Below are positions 8,462-19,811 of a stretch of 35,931 nucleotides of DNA, piece after piece; position 1 is the first letter of the stretch, and each line of letters starts with the position of its first letter. Source of the stretch: Octopus bimaculoides. Taxonomy: Eukaryota. The position numbers were made by a program, and so were the translations under genes. The notes below the pieces were generated by a model. The model was not told the DNA's origin. It made no database searches and saw only the letters and a program-made list of their open reading frames with translations. Location of the stretch: the NCBI RefSeq assembly GCF_001194135.2, contig NC_068982.1, positions 70,824,340 through 70,860,270 on the forward strand, read 5' to 3'.

Positions 8462-9010
8462 CGTACCTTCCTTCATTGGAGACTAAACTCCGCTTGCAAA
8501 GACCTGTTGAGGCAAGTGAAATTGAAATCGAATTAAATTCGATGACTGGCACCCATGCCAACGTCGTCTCCTTCATTGGAAACGAAACTCGGCTTGCGAA
8601 GACCTGTTGGGGCAATCGAAAGCGAAACCGTCAATGGCACCTGTGCCCAGCATCGCCTTCCTGGCACTTGTGCCAGATGGCACGTGTAAAGACATTCGAG
8701 TGAGATTGTTGCCAGTGCCGCTGAACTGGCTCCTGTGCAGGTGGCACGTAAAATACACCATTTTGAGCATGGCCGTTGCCAGTACCGCCAGACTGGCCTT
8801 TGTGCTGGTGGCATGTAAAAGCACCCACTACACTCTCTGAGTGGTTGGTGTTAGGAAGGGCATCCAGCTGTAGAAACTCTGCCAAATCAGATTGGAGCCT
8901 GGTGTAGCCATCTGGTTTCACCAGTCCTCAGTCAAATCGTCCAACCCATGCTAGCATGGAAAGCGGACGTAAAACGACGACGACGATGATGATGATGATG
9001 ATGATGATGA
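8462..9010 (+). mobile_element. RTE-derived 3' region with two ccttcattgga-aaactc-gcttgc-aagacctgttg subunits and a (GAT)n tail
   Basis: Family D terminal sequence ggttggtgttaggaagggcatccagctgtagaaac...catggaaagcggacgtaaaacgacgacgacgatgat. Confidence 0.75.
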
Positions 9011-9407
9011 TAACATAGTGGTGGTGGTGATGGCCATCATTGTCATCATCATTATCATCATCGTCGTCATTGTTGTTTTTAATGTTGACTTTCTCCTGCT
9101 TGAATGGGTCGGACAGAATTCAAGTGAGATTCTTTTTTGTTGGATGCCCTTCCTGTTGCCAACCCTCACTTGTTTCCAAGCAAGGTATTTTTTCCTCACT
9201 TATGCCCTGACATAATTGGACGTGAATGAGACCACATGCATGAAGTGACACTCAGGTACAATTATTAAATGATGTCAAGATGGGCCATAAGCACTCATGC
9301 ACAGACACACATACACACACACACATACACACACGTGCACACACATACACACACACACACGCACATACACATACACACACGTGCGTGCACACACATACGC
9401 ACAGACA

Positions 9408-9558
9408 TTAGTTTCCATATGCCAACTACTCTCATAAAGCTTTGCTCAGCTCAGGGCTATAGTAGAAGACATTAGCCCAAGGTACCACACAGTGGGACTG
9501 AACCTGAAACCACATGGTTAGAAAGCAAACTCATTTAGCTACATATCCATGTTTGCAC
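9408..9558 (-). mobile_element. SINE family A, 5' half
   Basis: ggctatagtagaagacattagcccaaggtaccacacagtgggactgaacc. Confidence 0.75.
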
Positions 9559-9903
9559 CTGAGATATGAATTTTCATGTATATTTAGGGATAGGTTTTCT
9601 GTTGGCTAATCTCAGTGAAACAGAATATATCAGATTACAACATTTTGTGATTTTCTGATACTGTTGACTGATATATTGGGGAGGAGGGGGGCATTGTTAC
9701 CATACCTGAGCAAAGGTGAGTGCTGGTGCCAGGTAAGGAGAGATCAGCTGCAGAAAAACTCTGCCCCAGCATAGTCGGTCGACCTTTGCAAACACAGAAA
9801 AGTACTCATTAAATGATGACAACAAAGGCAACACTAAGGGTACACTTGCTTCTGATCAATAGACAACAATTACAAAAGAAACATAGTCTAATTCTTATAA
9901 TAT

Positions 9904-10160
9904 CAGTGATTCTCAAATGGGGTCCACATGGCCCTTGGGGGCCCATATAAGATTTGGTTTTTAAAATATATCTGCAATAAAATTTCTTATATGTATACAA
10001 TGCACAAAATATGTTAACAGTTTTTTTTTTATACAAATCCTAATATTTAATTACAAAAATATAACAGGATTTTTTTGAAACATTGAATGGTTATGAAGGT
10101 CCAGTAGAGTTAAATAGGAATCAAAAGGGTCCATAGACCAAAAACGGTTCAGAAACACCG
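9904..10160. mobile_element. hAT (Charlie-like) MITE, copy 1
   Basis: Ends cagtgattctcaaat and cggttcagaaacaccg; ggtcca motifs shared with 24265 and 34334; TSD eroded. Confidence 0.65.
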
Positions 10161-10194
10161 TACTAGAGCATAAATTTCATTCTATCTGTTTCAG

Positions 10195-10312
10195 AAAAAA
10201 CCGTAATTCACATATCAAATTGCTGTTTCAAATGTTGAAAAAGAATATCTTAGAGGAACCATTTACTGAAATGCCTGACGAGGGAAAATTACCTTCTCTT
10301 ACAGCCGCTCAG
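10195..10312 (+). CDS. CEP112: CEP112-like coding exon 3 ((R)KNRNSHIKLLFQMLKKNILEEPFTEMPDEGKLPSLTAAQ, phase 2 to 0)
   Basis: Acceptor tctatctgtttcag, donor GTAAGA at 10313, 118 nt. Matches CEP112 RKNRNLYAKLLLHMLKRGALEGPFTHRPEPGTLKILP. Confidence 0.92.
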
Positions 10313-11029
10313 GTAAGATTTGACTTTAGACAACTTTTATTATTTCTGATTTTCAAAAGGAGAAACACAGATGGTTAACTGATTAATGGTTTCAGTTAGT
10401 GATCATAGACATAATTGCATTTTGTTTTTTGTTTTTTTAGTTGGTTCAAGGAAGGGCAATTGCTGTGGATCCTTTTCTGACTCCTTTTAATCTAGGTGTG
10501 ATTGATACAATTAAGTATTGTTTCCAAACCATTTTTTGTTGTTGTTTTTTTGTGAAAAACTCAAAGCATTTGGATGCTAACTACATCCTCCAACTTTTAT
10601 ACCCTTATGTAATACACACACACACGTACATACATACATACATACATACATATAGTCCTATCAACCACACAGAGGTTTTCCCTTTGTCTCATATTGCTTC
10701 AAATCCTGTCCATTTGATCCTGTGTCTTACCATTTACAAGCCTCATTGAATACAGCTAAGCAGAGGATTTGCTGTTTTACTCTGCATCTTGTGTGTTTAC
10801 TTAGGAAGTATGACTTGCTCACATCTCATTACATCTAAATTGCACACATGTGATAAGTTATTAAACACTTACTTATCATAAAAGTAAGAATATTATTTGC
10901 TATTTCTAAGCCACCACTGGCACTTATGTTTAGATGTAGAAATTTGCATCCTCTGGGAGACATCTTGAGAGAAAATGTTTGTTTGTTTGTTGAAGTTGAA
11001 CAAATAACATTTTAGTTTTTAATATTTGT

Positions 11030-11441
11030 ATTTCAACTCTTAGCAGCATTTCGTCTGCCTTTATGTTCTGAGTTCAGATTCCACCAAAGTTGGCTTTGCT
11101 TTTCATCCCTTTGGATTTGATAAAATAAGTACCAGTTGAGTACTGGGGTCGATGTAATCAATTTACCCCAACCCCTGAAACTACTGGCCTTGTGCCAAAA
11201 ATTCTCAACCAATATTTTGTAATTCAACTCTTAGCAGTATTCCATCCATCTTTACATCTTGAGTTCAAATTCCACTGAAGCTGACTTTGCCTTTCATCGT
11301 TTTTCTTTTTTGGTGGGGGGTAGGGGGGGGGGTTGATAAACTAAGTACCAGTTGAGCACTGTAATTGGCTAGCAGCATTTCATCCATCAACTAGTCCCCT
11401 GCTTCCAAAATTCCAGGCCTTGTGCCTATAGTAGAAAGGAA
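11030..11441 (+). mobile_element. Two tandem SINE family B copies (~11030-11215 and ~11222-11441)
   Basis: Each has ttagcagc-att...gagttca-attccac...ctttgc-tttcatc core and a ggccttgtgcc tail. Confidence 0.8.
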
Positions 11442-11651
11442 TATTTGTGTTTCAACTATATTTCCCTTGAAAAATATTATTCTTTTAGTTTTACCCTCTC
11501 TGAAATGTTTGAACATTTAACAAGCAACCTGTTTAGTGCTGGTGTCACACTAAAATGCCCAGTGTCCATCCCAAAAAGTGATTAGTGATAGGAAAGGCAT
11601 TTTGCTTAAATAAATAAAAAGCCTACCTGTAAAAGAAAAAAGTGAACAAAC

Positions 11652-12072
11652 AGGTGCAGGCGTGTCTGTGTGGTAAGGCTTGCTTTCCAACTACATGGTT
11701 CTGGGTTCAGTCCCATTACGTCACTCCTTGGGCAAGTGTTTTCTACTATAGCCTCGGGCTGATCAAAACTTTGTGAATGGATTTGGTAGATAGAAACTGA
11801 AAGAAGCCCATTGTATATATATATATATAGATATGTATATTTATATGCGTGTGTCTTTGCGTCTGTTTGCCCCCCCCCCCAACTATCGCTTGACAACCAA
11901 TGCTGGTGTTTACATCCCTGTAACTTAGCAGTTCAGCGAAAGTGACTGATAGAATGAGTGCTAGACTTACAAAGAATAAGTTCTGGGGTGGATTTCTTCG
12001 ACTATGACCCTTTAAGACAGTGCTCCAGCATGGATGCAGCCAAAGGCTGAAACAAGTAAGTGAATAAGAGAA
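11652..12072 (+). mobile_element. SINE family A, full length
   Basis: aggtgcaggcgtgtctgtgtggtaag head, gggttcagtccc, tail ggctgaaacaagtaagtgaataagag. Confidence 0.9.
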
Positions 12073-12511
12073 CAAACAGAACAGTTGTAGATTTTACAAG
12101 GTTTGTGGCTAAGTTGTAAGGGTTAGAGGCTAATGGTTGTAAGGTTATTGGTGGAATCTCTCAAATGGACAGCTCTTTGTATCCTTAAGCAAGACTTTTT
12201 ATTTTGCATTTGTCCAGTCTACTCAGTTGAAAATAAATATCAGCTACTAGCTGAGGCAACCTTTTTTCATCACCTCCACTTCCATTGTAACACCTTCTCC
12301 ATGCTGTCATGATGTTAAAATGGCAGTGGTGGTGGTGGTGCTGCTGCCATTGTTGTTGTTGTTGAAATAGATGGTCTTTCCTTGTTATTGTCTGTATATA
12401 ATTTAGTTTTTAATAGTTCCTATCCTTATTTCTTCATCCTCCTCACATTTCCCTCTTGCTATTTTCGATATTTCTTGACTTCCTTGAAGATGATAAAGTT
12501 CTTATGTTTTG

Positions 12512-12542
<31 letters not shown>

Positions 12543-12897
12543 TAGTTACTCTTATTAGTTTCCTTTTATTCTTCAACAGATAATTTCAGAAGTCCTACAG
12601 TAGATATTTCATTGTAATTTTCTAGTTGCCAAAGCCCCCTGCCTCCGCTCATCCTCAGTAAATACAATCTTGCCATGTCAGATTTGGGGTAATATATTTT
12701 CTAAATACAATCATTAATTATTTTTTTTATTTCTTTTTTTTTCCTATCTTGTCTTGCTAATTCAATTAGCAAAAATACTGATGTCTTACCACATCTGTCT
12801 TTCATTTAGCTCAGTGTTAATTATTAATCAAAAGTTTCTGTAATCATCTCTCCTAGCCTTGTTTTTCACTTATGTATGTTATACTCAGTCATCATAA

Positions 12898-13080
12898 TCA
12901 GCATCATCATTATTAATCGTGCCCTTTTCCATGCCGGCATGGGCTCAACTCCAGTGTCTGTTTTGGTATGGGCTCTATAGTTGCATACCCTTTCTAATAC
13001 CATCCATTTCACAGAGTGGACTCAGTGCTTCTTTTTCATGGCACCAGCACTGGTGAGGTCACCTAGTAGCTCACAAGACA
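12898..13080 (-). mobile_element. RTE-tail family D copy
   Basis: catcatcattattaatcgtgcccttttccatgccggcatggg. Confidence 0.6.
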
Positions 13081-13199
13081 AAGCCCATCAATGGAGTGTG
13101 TTGTAGTACTGAGCAAGTTAGCTTTACATACATACACGTAAATATGTGTGTGTGTGTGTGTATATACTCAAGAAGACCTGTCTACCACAGCAGAATTGA

Positions 13200-13390
13200 T
13201 ACTATACTGGTGCTGGTGCCACATAAAAAGCATCCAGTACACTCTGGAGTGGTTGGCGTTAGGTAGGGCATCAAGCTGTAGAAACCATATCAAAACAGAC
13301 AATGGAGCTTGGTGCAGTACCTGACCTTGCCAGCTCTTGTCAAGCCAACCCATGCCAGCATAGAAAATGGACATTAAACGATGATGATAT
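13200..13390 (+). mobile_element. RTE-tail family D copy
   Basis: gtggttggcgttaggtagggcatcaagctgtagaaacc...cagcatagaaaatggacattaaacgatgatgat. Confidence 0.75.
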
Positions 13391-13404
13391 GTATATATAT
13401 ATAT

Positions 13405-13560
13405 ACCGGAGTAAGCACATAAAATGTGCAACAAGGTAGAAAAAAGAGTACTCAAATACCAGAGGTAGAGTAATATCCTTTATTTAAAAGCAGCAGAAAT
13501 ATAACAAAAACTGTTACTCAGAGTTTCATGTTCCCGTTCATCGGACAGTTTTGTTAGAAA
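13405..13560 (-). mobile_element. Penelope-like terminal-repeat fragment between two (AT)n tracts
   Basis: Contains a hammerhead motif followed, on the minus strand, by AATAAA at 13479-13484; shares the tacctctgg motif with 3921 and 5056. Confidence 0.6.
13503..13555 (-). ncRNA. Minimal type I hammerhead motif, CCGAUGA core variant
   Basis: Minus strand: AAAACTGT CCGATGA ACG-GGAA-CAT GAAA CTC-T-GAGT A ACAGTTTT. 8-bp stem I, palindromic stem III, GUA triplet. Predicted cut between 13515 and 13514. Confidence 0.7.
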
Positions 13561-13608
13561 TGTATATGTATATATATATGTCTATATATATATATATATA
13601 TAGATAAA

Positions 13609-13869
13609 GAACACAGGTACAAGATTTTCTGGACAGGGAACACTGACGGGGTCGGGGGCATGGGGATACTTCTAGCAGAGAAATGGGTTGATAAGGTAAT
13701 CGAGGTAGTCAGAGTATGTGACAGAGTACTTAAGATTAGACTAGTGCTTCACCATAGGTTAGCTACTGTCATCTCGGCCTATGCCCCTCAGCCAGGGCTA
13801 CCGGATGGGCAGAAAGACCAATTCTACGACACCCTCTTGGAAACTACCTCATTGACGAATGACAGGGAC
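13609..13869 (+). mobile_element. RTE-clade LINE apurinic endonuclease fragment
   Basis: EHRYKIFWTGNTDGVGGMGILLAEKWVDKVIEVVRVCDRVLKIRLVLHHRLATVISAYAPQPGLPDGQKDQFY has the GVG-I-L and ISAYAPQ endonuclease motifs. Confidence 0.85.
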
Positions 13870-14293
13870 TAGAAGAAAAACAATTATCTTTGGTTCCAAG
13901 ACATAAGGGATTATTCCATCAGGATAATGCTCGACCACATACAATGAGGATGACATTCCAAAGGCTGGAGCAGTTTGAATGGTAAATGATGCCCCACTCA
14001 CCATATTTGCCAGACATTGCCCCATCTGATTATCATTTATTCTGCAGTCTTTAAAATCATTTGGACGGAAAAAATATGAATTCTGAAGATGAGGTTAGAA
14101 CAGTAGTGGAGGAGTATCTTTTGTCATGGACAAGTGAATTTTGGAAGAGGGGCCTTGCAAGTCTACCTGATAGATTGAAGAGTATTGTAGAAAATGAAAG
14201 AGAGTATATTTTAGATTAAAAAAGAACTTTATCTTAATTTTGAAAAATAAAAGAAGTATAAATAAACCACATTATTTATGGGATAACCCAATA
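13869..14293 (+). mobile_element. Mariner transposon 3' remnant with right TIR
   Basis: LFHQDNARPHT...HSPYLPDIAPSDYHLFCSL*NHLDGK...FWKRGLASLPDRLKSIVENEREYILD* with in-frame stops; ends ttatttatgggataacccaata followed by TA. Confidence 0.92.
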
Positions 14294-15429
14294 TATGCCG
14301 TCAATATTCACTTCTAAGCCTTTATGTTTTTCATTTCCAGTCCATCCAAATTCGACTTTTATCTTTCATCGTTCCTGAGACAATAAAATAAGTTCAGGAG
14401 TTGATTGAAGTATCCTCTCTTCATATTTGTGGCCATTTGCCAGTATGAGAAATAACCATCATTATTATTATAACTTACATTATTTAATTGTTTAGTTTGT
14501 ATTTGTTGTATGCCCCCGCTAAGCTCTGTGTGCTGTGGATGCATAAAGGTTTAACTCACACTTTATTATTATTATCTACACCTTTTGTTTCTGTGAACAT
14601 GTTCCTTTATATACACAAACAAACACACATGCACAAAAAAAAAAAAAATAATGATCAGAGAAATGGTACCAAATCAGAGTAAANNNNNNNNNNNNNNNNN
14701 NNNNNNNNNNNNNNNNNNNNNNNNNNNNNNNNNNNNNNNNNNNNNNNNNNNNNNNNNNNNNNNNNNNNNNNNNNNNNNNNNNNNNNNNNNNNNNNNNNNN
14801 NNNNNNNNNNNNNNNNNNNNNNNNNNNNNNNNNNNNNNNNNNNNNNNNNNNNNNCTCTGTGTGCTGTGGATGCATAAAGGTTTAACTCACACTTTATTAT
14901 TATTATCTACACCTTTTGTTTCTGTGAACATGTTCCTTTATATACACAAACAAACACACATGCACAAAAAAAAAAAAAATAATGATCAGAGAAATGGTAC
15001 CAAATCAGAGTAAAACACAGCAGCAAAGTCAGCATTATTAACATTTAATTCGAGGTTCAGTCTTTGAAAACTATCATGAAACATGTGCTGTGATGTTAGT
15101 GAATTAATGTTTTCTTTGAGAACATAATTCGCTATTGTGTAACTCATGGCAAGTATCTTATCAGTCTGCAGGGATGAAAGAATGATTTAATATCTACTCA
15201 CTAAATATGGATGGTGACAGTGTGCCACAAATAAATATGACTTTGCTATTACAAGGGAATTTGCCTGCAGTGCGGTTCGCTATAGAAGTGTACAGTTGTG
15301 TAGTTTATCAAAGATGTTATGGTTTCCATAAACAAGTGAACAGTGAATTCTTTCTTTAAGTGAGTGTTTTGTGAAAATATGGTTATTGATTTACCTATGT
15401 GGTGTTATAGTTATAATCATGCAAGTAGT

Positions 15430-15605
15430 GTCCTTTGGTTTCCAACCTTCCATGAAACCGTGTCTGGTTTAAGGAGAAATGTTATGTTGCTTGGAAAGAG
15501 GTGAGGGTTGTGACAGGAAGAGCATCTGGCCTTTAAAAATCCATCTCAAAAATTCTATCCAACCCATTGTGAGCATGGAAGAGTAAATGTTAAAATGATG
15601 ATGGT
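15430..15605 (+). mobile_element. RTE-tail repeat variant
   Basis: ttgcttggaaagaggtgagggttgtgacaggaagagcatctggcc...ccaacccattgtgagcatggaagagtaaatgttaaaatgatgatg. Confidence 0.6.
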
Positions 15606-15967
15606 AAAGAAGAAGAAGAAGAAGAAACAAGGATCTCTGAAGATATTACAAAGTTCACAGTTTATCGAAAATATTATGGCATCCATCAACATGTATACAG
15701 AGCAGTGAATTCTTTCTTTGGAAAATATAGATATTCCTTGATTCATCTACATAGTATTGTATAACAAATATAAGGATATTATGTAATATTCCTGCCTAAT
15801 AATCACACAGCAAACACAAGGATATCTGAAAAGATTACATATTTGTAATATCTGTGACAACTGAATTTTTTAATCAAAATCAGAGACATTAACTGAGTAG
15901 CAAACCAGTCATGAAGCCAACTGCGTGTCTATTATTTATACTAAAGTCTAATAGAGGGATCAGAAAG

Positions 15968-16262
15968 TCATGTAGCCCTGTGGTTAGGGTGTTGGACTAA
16001 TAAACTTAAGGTCATGGGTTCAATTCCTGACTGGGAAACATGTTGTGTCCTTGGGCAAGGCACTTCATTTCATGTTGCTCTAGTCTACTCAGCTGTAAAG
16101 GAGTACTAGCTGAGTTCTAGTGCAGCTCTCTCAACCACCAGCTGTCATATTCTCGGTGTTTCTGCTGGGGCATTGAAGGTGAGGTCAAGAGAGTATCTGT
16201 GTCCACTCATTACTACACAATCACCTAAAACAATTAGTGAAAACATGATACATGCTATTAGG
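15968..16262 (+). mobile_element. SINE family C
   Basis: ctgtggttagggtgttggactaat...gggttcaattcct...ccttgggcaaggcacttcatttcatgttgctc. Confidence 0.7.
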
Positions 16263-16288
16263 TTATACTCATTTGCTTTATGTGTGTG

Positions 16289-16319
<31 letters not shown>

Positions 16320-16361
16320 AGTGAGTGTATAAATTGCCTAAATATTTTATTTCCATATTTC

Positions 16362-16522
16362 TAGGTGCAGGCATGACTGTGTAGGTAGGAAGTTCACTTC
16401 CCAGCCACATAGTACTGGGTTCAGTCCCACTGCTCAGCACTTCAGGCAAGTGCCTTATTCTAGAGCCTCAGGCCGACCAAAGCCTTAAGAGTGAATTTTG
16501 TAGGCAGAAATTTCTTCATGTG
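16362..16522 (+). mobile_element. SINE family A, 5' half
   Basis: aggtgcaggcatgactgtgtagg...gggttcagtcccac...ggccgaccaaagcc. Confidence 0.75.
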
Positions 16523-16659
16523 TATATTTGTGTGTGAAAATGCTTGTGCTTCCTTTGAGTTCCAATTATGGTTAAAATATTGTTGCTTTTGTACAAAATA
16601 ATTTCCGCTTATATATTTCTTCCTTTTTTTCTTTTCTCTCTCTCTCTCTCTGTAATCAG

Positions 16660-16713
16660 CTTGCCAAATTTGATCCAGAACTGTTTCGGCCATCAGTAAA
16701 CAATTTTATTTGG
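16660..16713 (+). CDS. CEP112: CEP112-like coding exon 4 (LAKFDPELFRPSVNNFIW, 54 nt, phase 0 to 0)
   Basis: Long CT tract plus tgtaatcag acceptor, perfect GTAAGT donor at 16714, open frame. FD sits where CEP112 has SIYFDEP. Confidence 0.75.
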
Positions 16714-16776
16714 GTAAGTTTCTCTTCTATTTTTAAATTAAACTATTTCCCTTTTTGAAACATCTGTAGATGGGAA

Positions 16777-16995
16777 ATTGGCAGAGTTAGTTAGGGCATT
16801 GGACAGAATGTTTTTTGCTATTTGTTCTGACTTTCTGTGTTCTGAGTTCAAATCCCACTAAGGTCAACTTTACCTCTTACCCTTTCAAGATCAATAAAAA
16901 AAATGTACCAATCCAAGGCAGTGGATTGTCAGAACTGTCAGAAATGTTGGACTGGATACCTTTGGGTTCTGAGTTCATATCCCACCATGGCTTAT
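16777..16995 (+). mobile_element. SINE family B with a duplicated head segment
   Basis: ttggcagagttag...ctgagttcaaatcccactaaggtcaactttacctc; second ttctgagttcatatcccacc near 16967. Confidence 0.65.
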
Positions 16996-17233
16996 GTAGG
17001 TGACAGATTGAACTTGTCACTTGGTTTAACAACACCATGTGACACCATCGTTGCTTTTACTGTAGTCCACTCTCTTGCAAGAATTCTGACCAGAACCATG
17101 ATTTGAGGATACGTTCTGCCATCTCTCCCCTCCTCCCTCCCCCCTCTCCCCTCTTCTCATGCTAGTTTTGGAGGCTTTGTAATGAGCCATGGGCTCTACC
17201 TTCATTCTTCATTAAAGTATAAAACAAAAAATA

Positions 17234-17355
17234 AAGCTTCCATACAGTTTCTGACTATCAAATGCATTCACAAGACATTGGTCAGCTTGGTGGGACTGAA
17301 CTGAAGACCAAAGCAAAGCAAACTCTTTAACCACACAGCCATACCTGTACCTGCT
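17234..17355 (-). mobile_element. SINE family A, deleted 5' half
   Basis: cagtttctgactatcaaatgcattcacaag...gggactgaac...aaccacacagccatacctgtacct. Confidence 0.65.
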
Positions 17356-18202
17356 ATAAACAACAACACTTAAGACTCATTTCCAAATATGACTGAACAT
17401 TATGATGAATTATTATCATTACTACCATCATCATCATCACCATCATTATTGTTGTTGGTACAATGTTTTTTTTCCTAAAATCCTTGATCTCCTTCTGCGT
17501 GACAACTAAGCAAAATATGTTTTTGATAATGAGAAAAAGAGTTGTTTTATTTATTTTATTTCTCTTTCTTTGTGTGTGTTTGTCATGCCATCATTGGTAC
17601 TGTAAAGAATTTGCTAACAAATATAGTTGGCAACATCAACATTAAGTTTCATAAATGTGACAAATGTAGTGATGACTGCAGAAGTTAACTCTGAATGAGT
17701 GAGAATAACAAAGACTCTTCTGTTGTATATGAGACATGCAAAAGAAAAGGAGGTAGTGAGGAAGGCTATTCTTTGGAAGAAAATTGTAAAGGTGGAAAGC
17801 ATTTTTACTGAAGAAGCTGTGTGATTGATGGAGGAAGATTTGGGAAGTGAAAAACAAGTTTTGCTTTAAAGTGAAAGACCAGTTAATATTTGTATGACAA
17901 GCAGAAGTATTGGTAGAAATTGTAAATGATTTTGTGTGACTTTTGAACCAAGACAAAATTTTAGCATCTACTTTACCATGGTTCAGACAAAATTTGTTGA
18001 GGCACATTTTCTGCAGTCCGGTACCCTTCCTGTTACCAGCCCTCACCTGTTTCCAAATAAGGTAATATTTTCCCTTGGTTAGACATGTTTTTCACAGACA
18101 ACTAGCAACGAACATCATCACCTGTATGACAGTGATGCTCATTTACAACTGATATGGTATGTAGACATGGGTAAGCACAAACACACATATATACATTACA
18201 TA

Positions 18203-19105
18203 TGAGGTAGTACCAAAAGGTTCCCAGAATAGTTATGTTTAATAAAAAATAATTAAGTTTTAACATCATCTCCTTTGAAATAGTTACCTTGCACAGCAAT
18301 ACACCAATCCCAGCATTCCTGCCACTTTTGGAATCCAGCCTGGAATTCGTTTTCTGTAAGCAAGTTGAGGACCTTCTGTAATTTGCTCTTGATCTTGACA
18401 ACGGTGTTAAAACAACGACTTTTGAGCTGCATTTTCATCTTGGGGAAGAGATGGAAGCCCCACAGGTGCTAAATCTGGCAAATTGGGTGGGTGTGGAAGC
18501 AACACTATGTTGTTTTTGGCGAGAAACTTATGAGTGAGGAGAGCTCAATGACAGGGTGCATTGTCATTGTGAATAATCTAATTCTTTACACTGCACAGAT
18601 TGCCAAATGTCCTCCCTCAAACACTTCAAAATATTGCAGTAGAACTCTCAATTGATGGTCTGGCCCTGGGGGACAAATTCTTGATGCACAACATTGTATT
18701 TCTGTGGGGTAACACTCATGGCAAGTCTTCCAGATCACTCGTTGTCTTCCAAGGAAGGTCTTCTACCTTTGAAGCCCCCATGCCCCTCAACACATTCTAC
18801 ACGACCAATTACCTTGTTGCTGTAATCTTGCTGAAGCATGCTCAATGTCACTGTAGGAGACTTCACATGTTTAATGCAAGATTTAATGTTGGCTCTTTGC
18901 TCCTGTCCATGACAAAATCACAGATTACAGCATACATGTGATCACAAAAACACAAAGTTGTGAAACTTGCAAACTAAACACAGTGATGTCACTCAGCACA
19001 CTACCTAATGAAGGACACTGCTAGCTCTCACTGTGCATACAACCATGTGCTGCCATCTGTTGGTGCACTACAGAACTAGTCCAAGAATTTTTTGATACCA
19101 TCTCG
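18203..19105 (-). mobile_element. Mariner transposon, internally deleted, both TIRs and TA target sites
   Basis: TA|tgaggtagtaccaaaaggttcccagaat and agtccaagaattttttgataccatctcg|TA are imperfect inverted repeats. The minus ORF 18253-18438 MKMQLKSRCFNTVVKIKSKLQKVL...FQKWQECWDWCIAVQGNYFKGD is a mariner C-terminus. Confidence 0.92.
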
Positions 19106-19228
19106 TACATACATACATGCATGCATCATAGGCTTCTTTCAGTTTCTGTATACCAAATCCACTCAAGGTTTTTTGATGGGTCAAAGCTGAATTTGCTGGC
19201 CTTGTGCCAAAATTTGAAATCATTATTA

Positions 19229-19408
19229 TTATGGCAGCGAACTGGCAGAATTGTTAGCATGCCAGATAAAATGCTTAGCGGCGTTTTATTTGTCTTTACA
19301 TTCTGAGTTCATATACCACTGAGGTTGGCTTTGCTTTGCATCATTTTGGGGTTGATGTAATTGAATAGCCCTCTTCCCCCAAATTTCAAGCCTTGTGCCT
19401 ATAGTAGA

Positions 19409-19446
<38 letters not shown>

Positions 19447-19448
19447 TA

Positions 19449-19480
<32 letters not shown>

Positions 19481-19685
19481 CATTATTTAGGGTGGTGGAT
19501 TGGCAAAATCATTAGACTCTGAGGAATATGCTTCACTCTATTTGTTCCAGCTCTTTACATTCTTAGTTCAAATACTTTCTTTCCTCCAGGGTCAATAGAA
19601 TAAAGTACCAGTTAAATATTGGGGGTCAACAGACTAATTGCTCTTCCCCTCAAAACTGCTGGCTTTGTGCTTAAATTTGAAACTG
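19229..19685 (+). mobile_element. Two SINE family B copies (~19229-19410 and ~19487-19685) separated by (AAT)n(ATT)n
   Basis: ggcagcgaactggcagaattgttagc and ggtggtggattggcaaaatcattag heads; ctttgtgc-taaatttgaaac tail. Confidence 0.8.
19408..19488. repeat. (AAT)n immediately followed by (ATT)n microsatellite
   Basis: Directly visible; self-complementary. Confidence 0.95.
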
Positions 19686-19811
19686 TTATTGTTACCTAAC
19701 AAAACCTTACAATACTGCACAAGTGTCTGTATTTCTTACTATATATTATTAATATTCTGCTCTTAAAATATCCATCTTTGTAAAGGCAAGTCTATTATCT
19801 TTTATCTCTAA

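Noticed and set aside
11652-11730. tRNA-like A/B boxes at SINE heads (here and in all other copies)
   Set aside because: They do not form cloverleafs and continue into SINE bodies, so they are not tRNA genes.
12580-12690. Strong acceptor ttccttttattcttcaacag
   Set aside because: Phase 0 hits a stop after 7 codons and no fitting donor or homology was found.
14524-15014. Exact 160-bp direct repeat (14524-14683 and 14855-15014)
   Set aside because: Identical copies flank an N gap, which is typical of unmerged overlapping contig ends and so a likely assembly artefact.
19408-19488. (AAT)n(ATT)n hairpin as a special palindrome
   Set aside because: It is explained by SINE tail microsatellites, and the interruptions are not mirror-symmetric.
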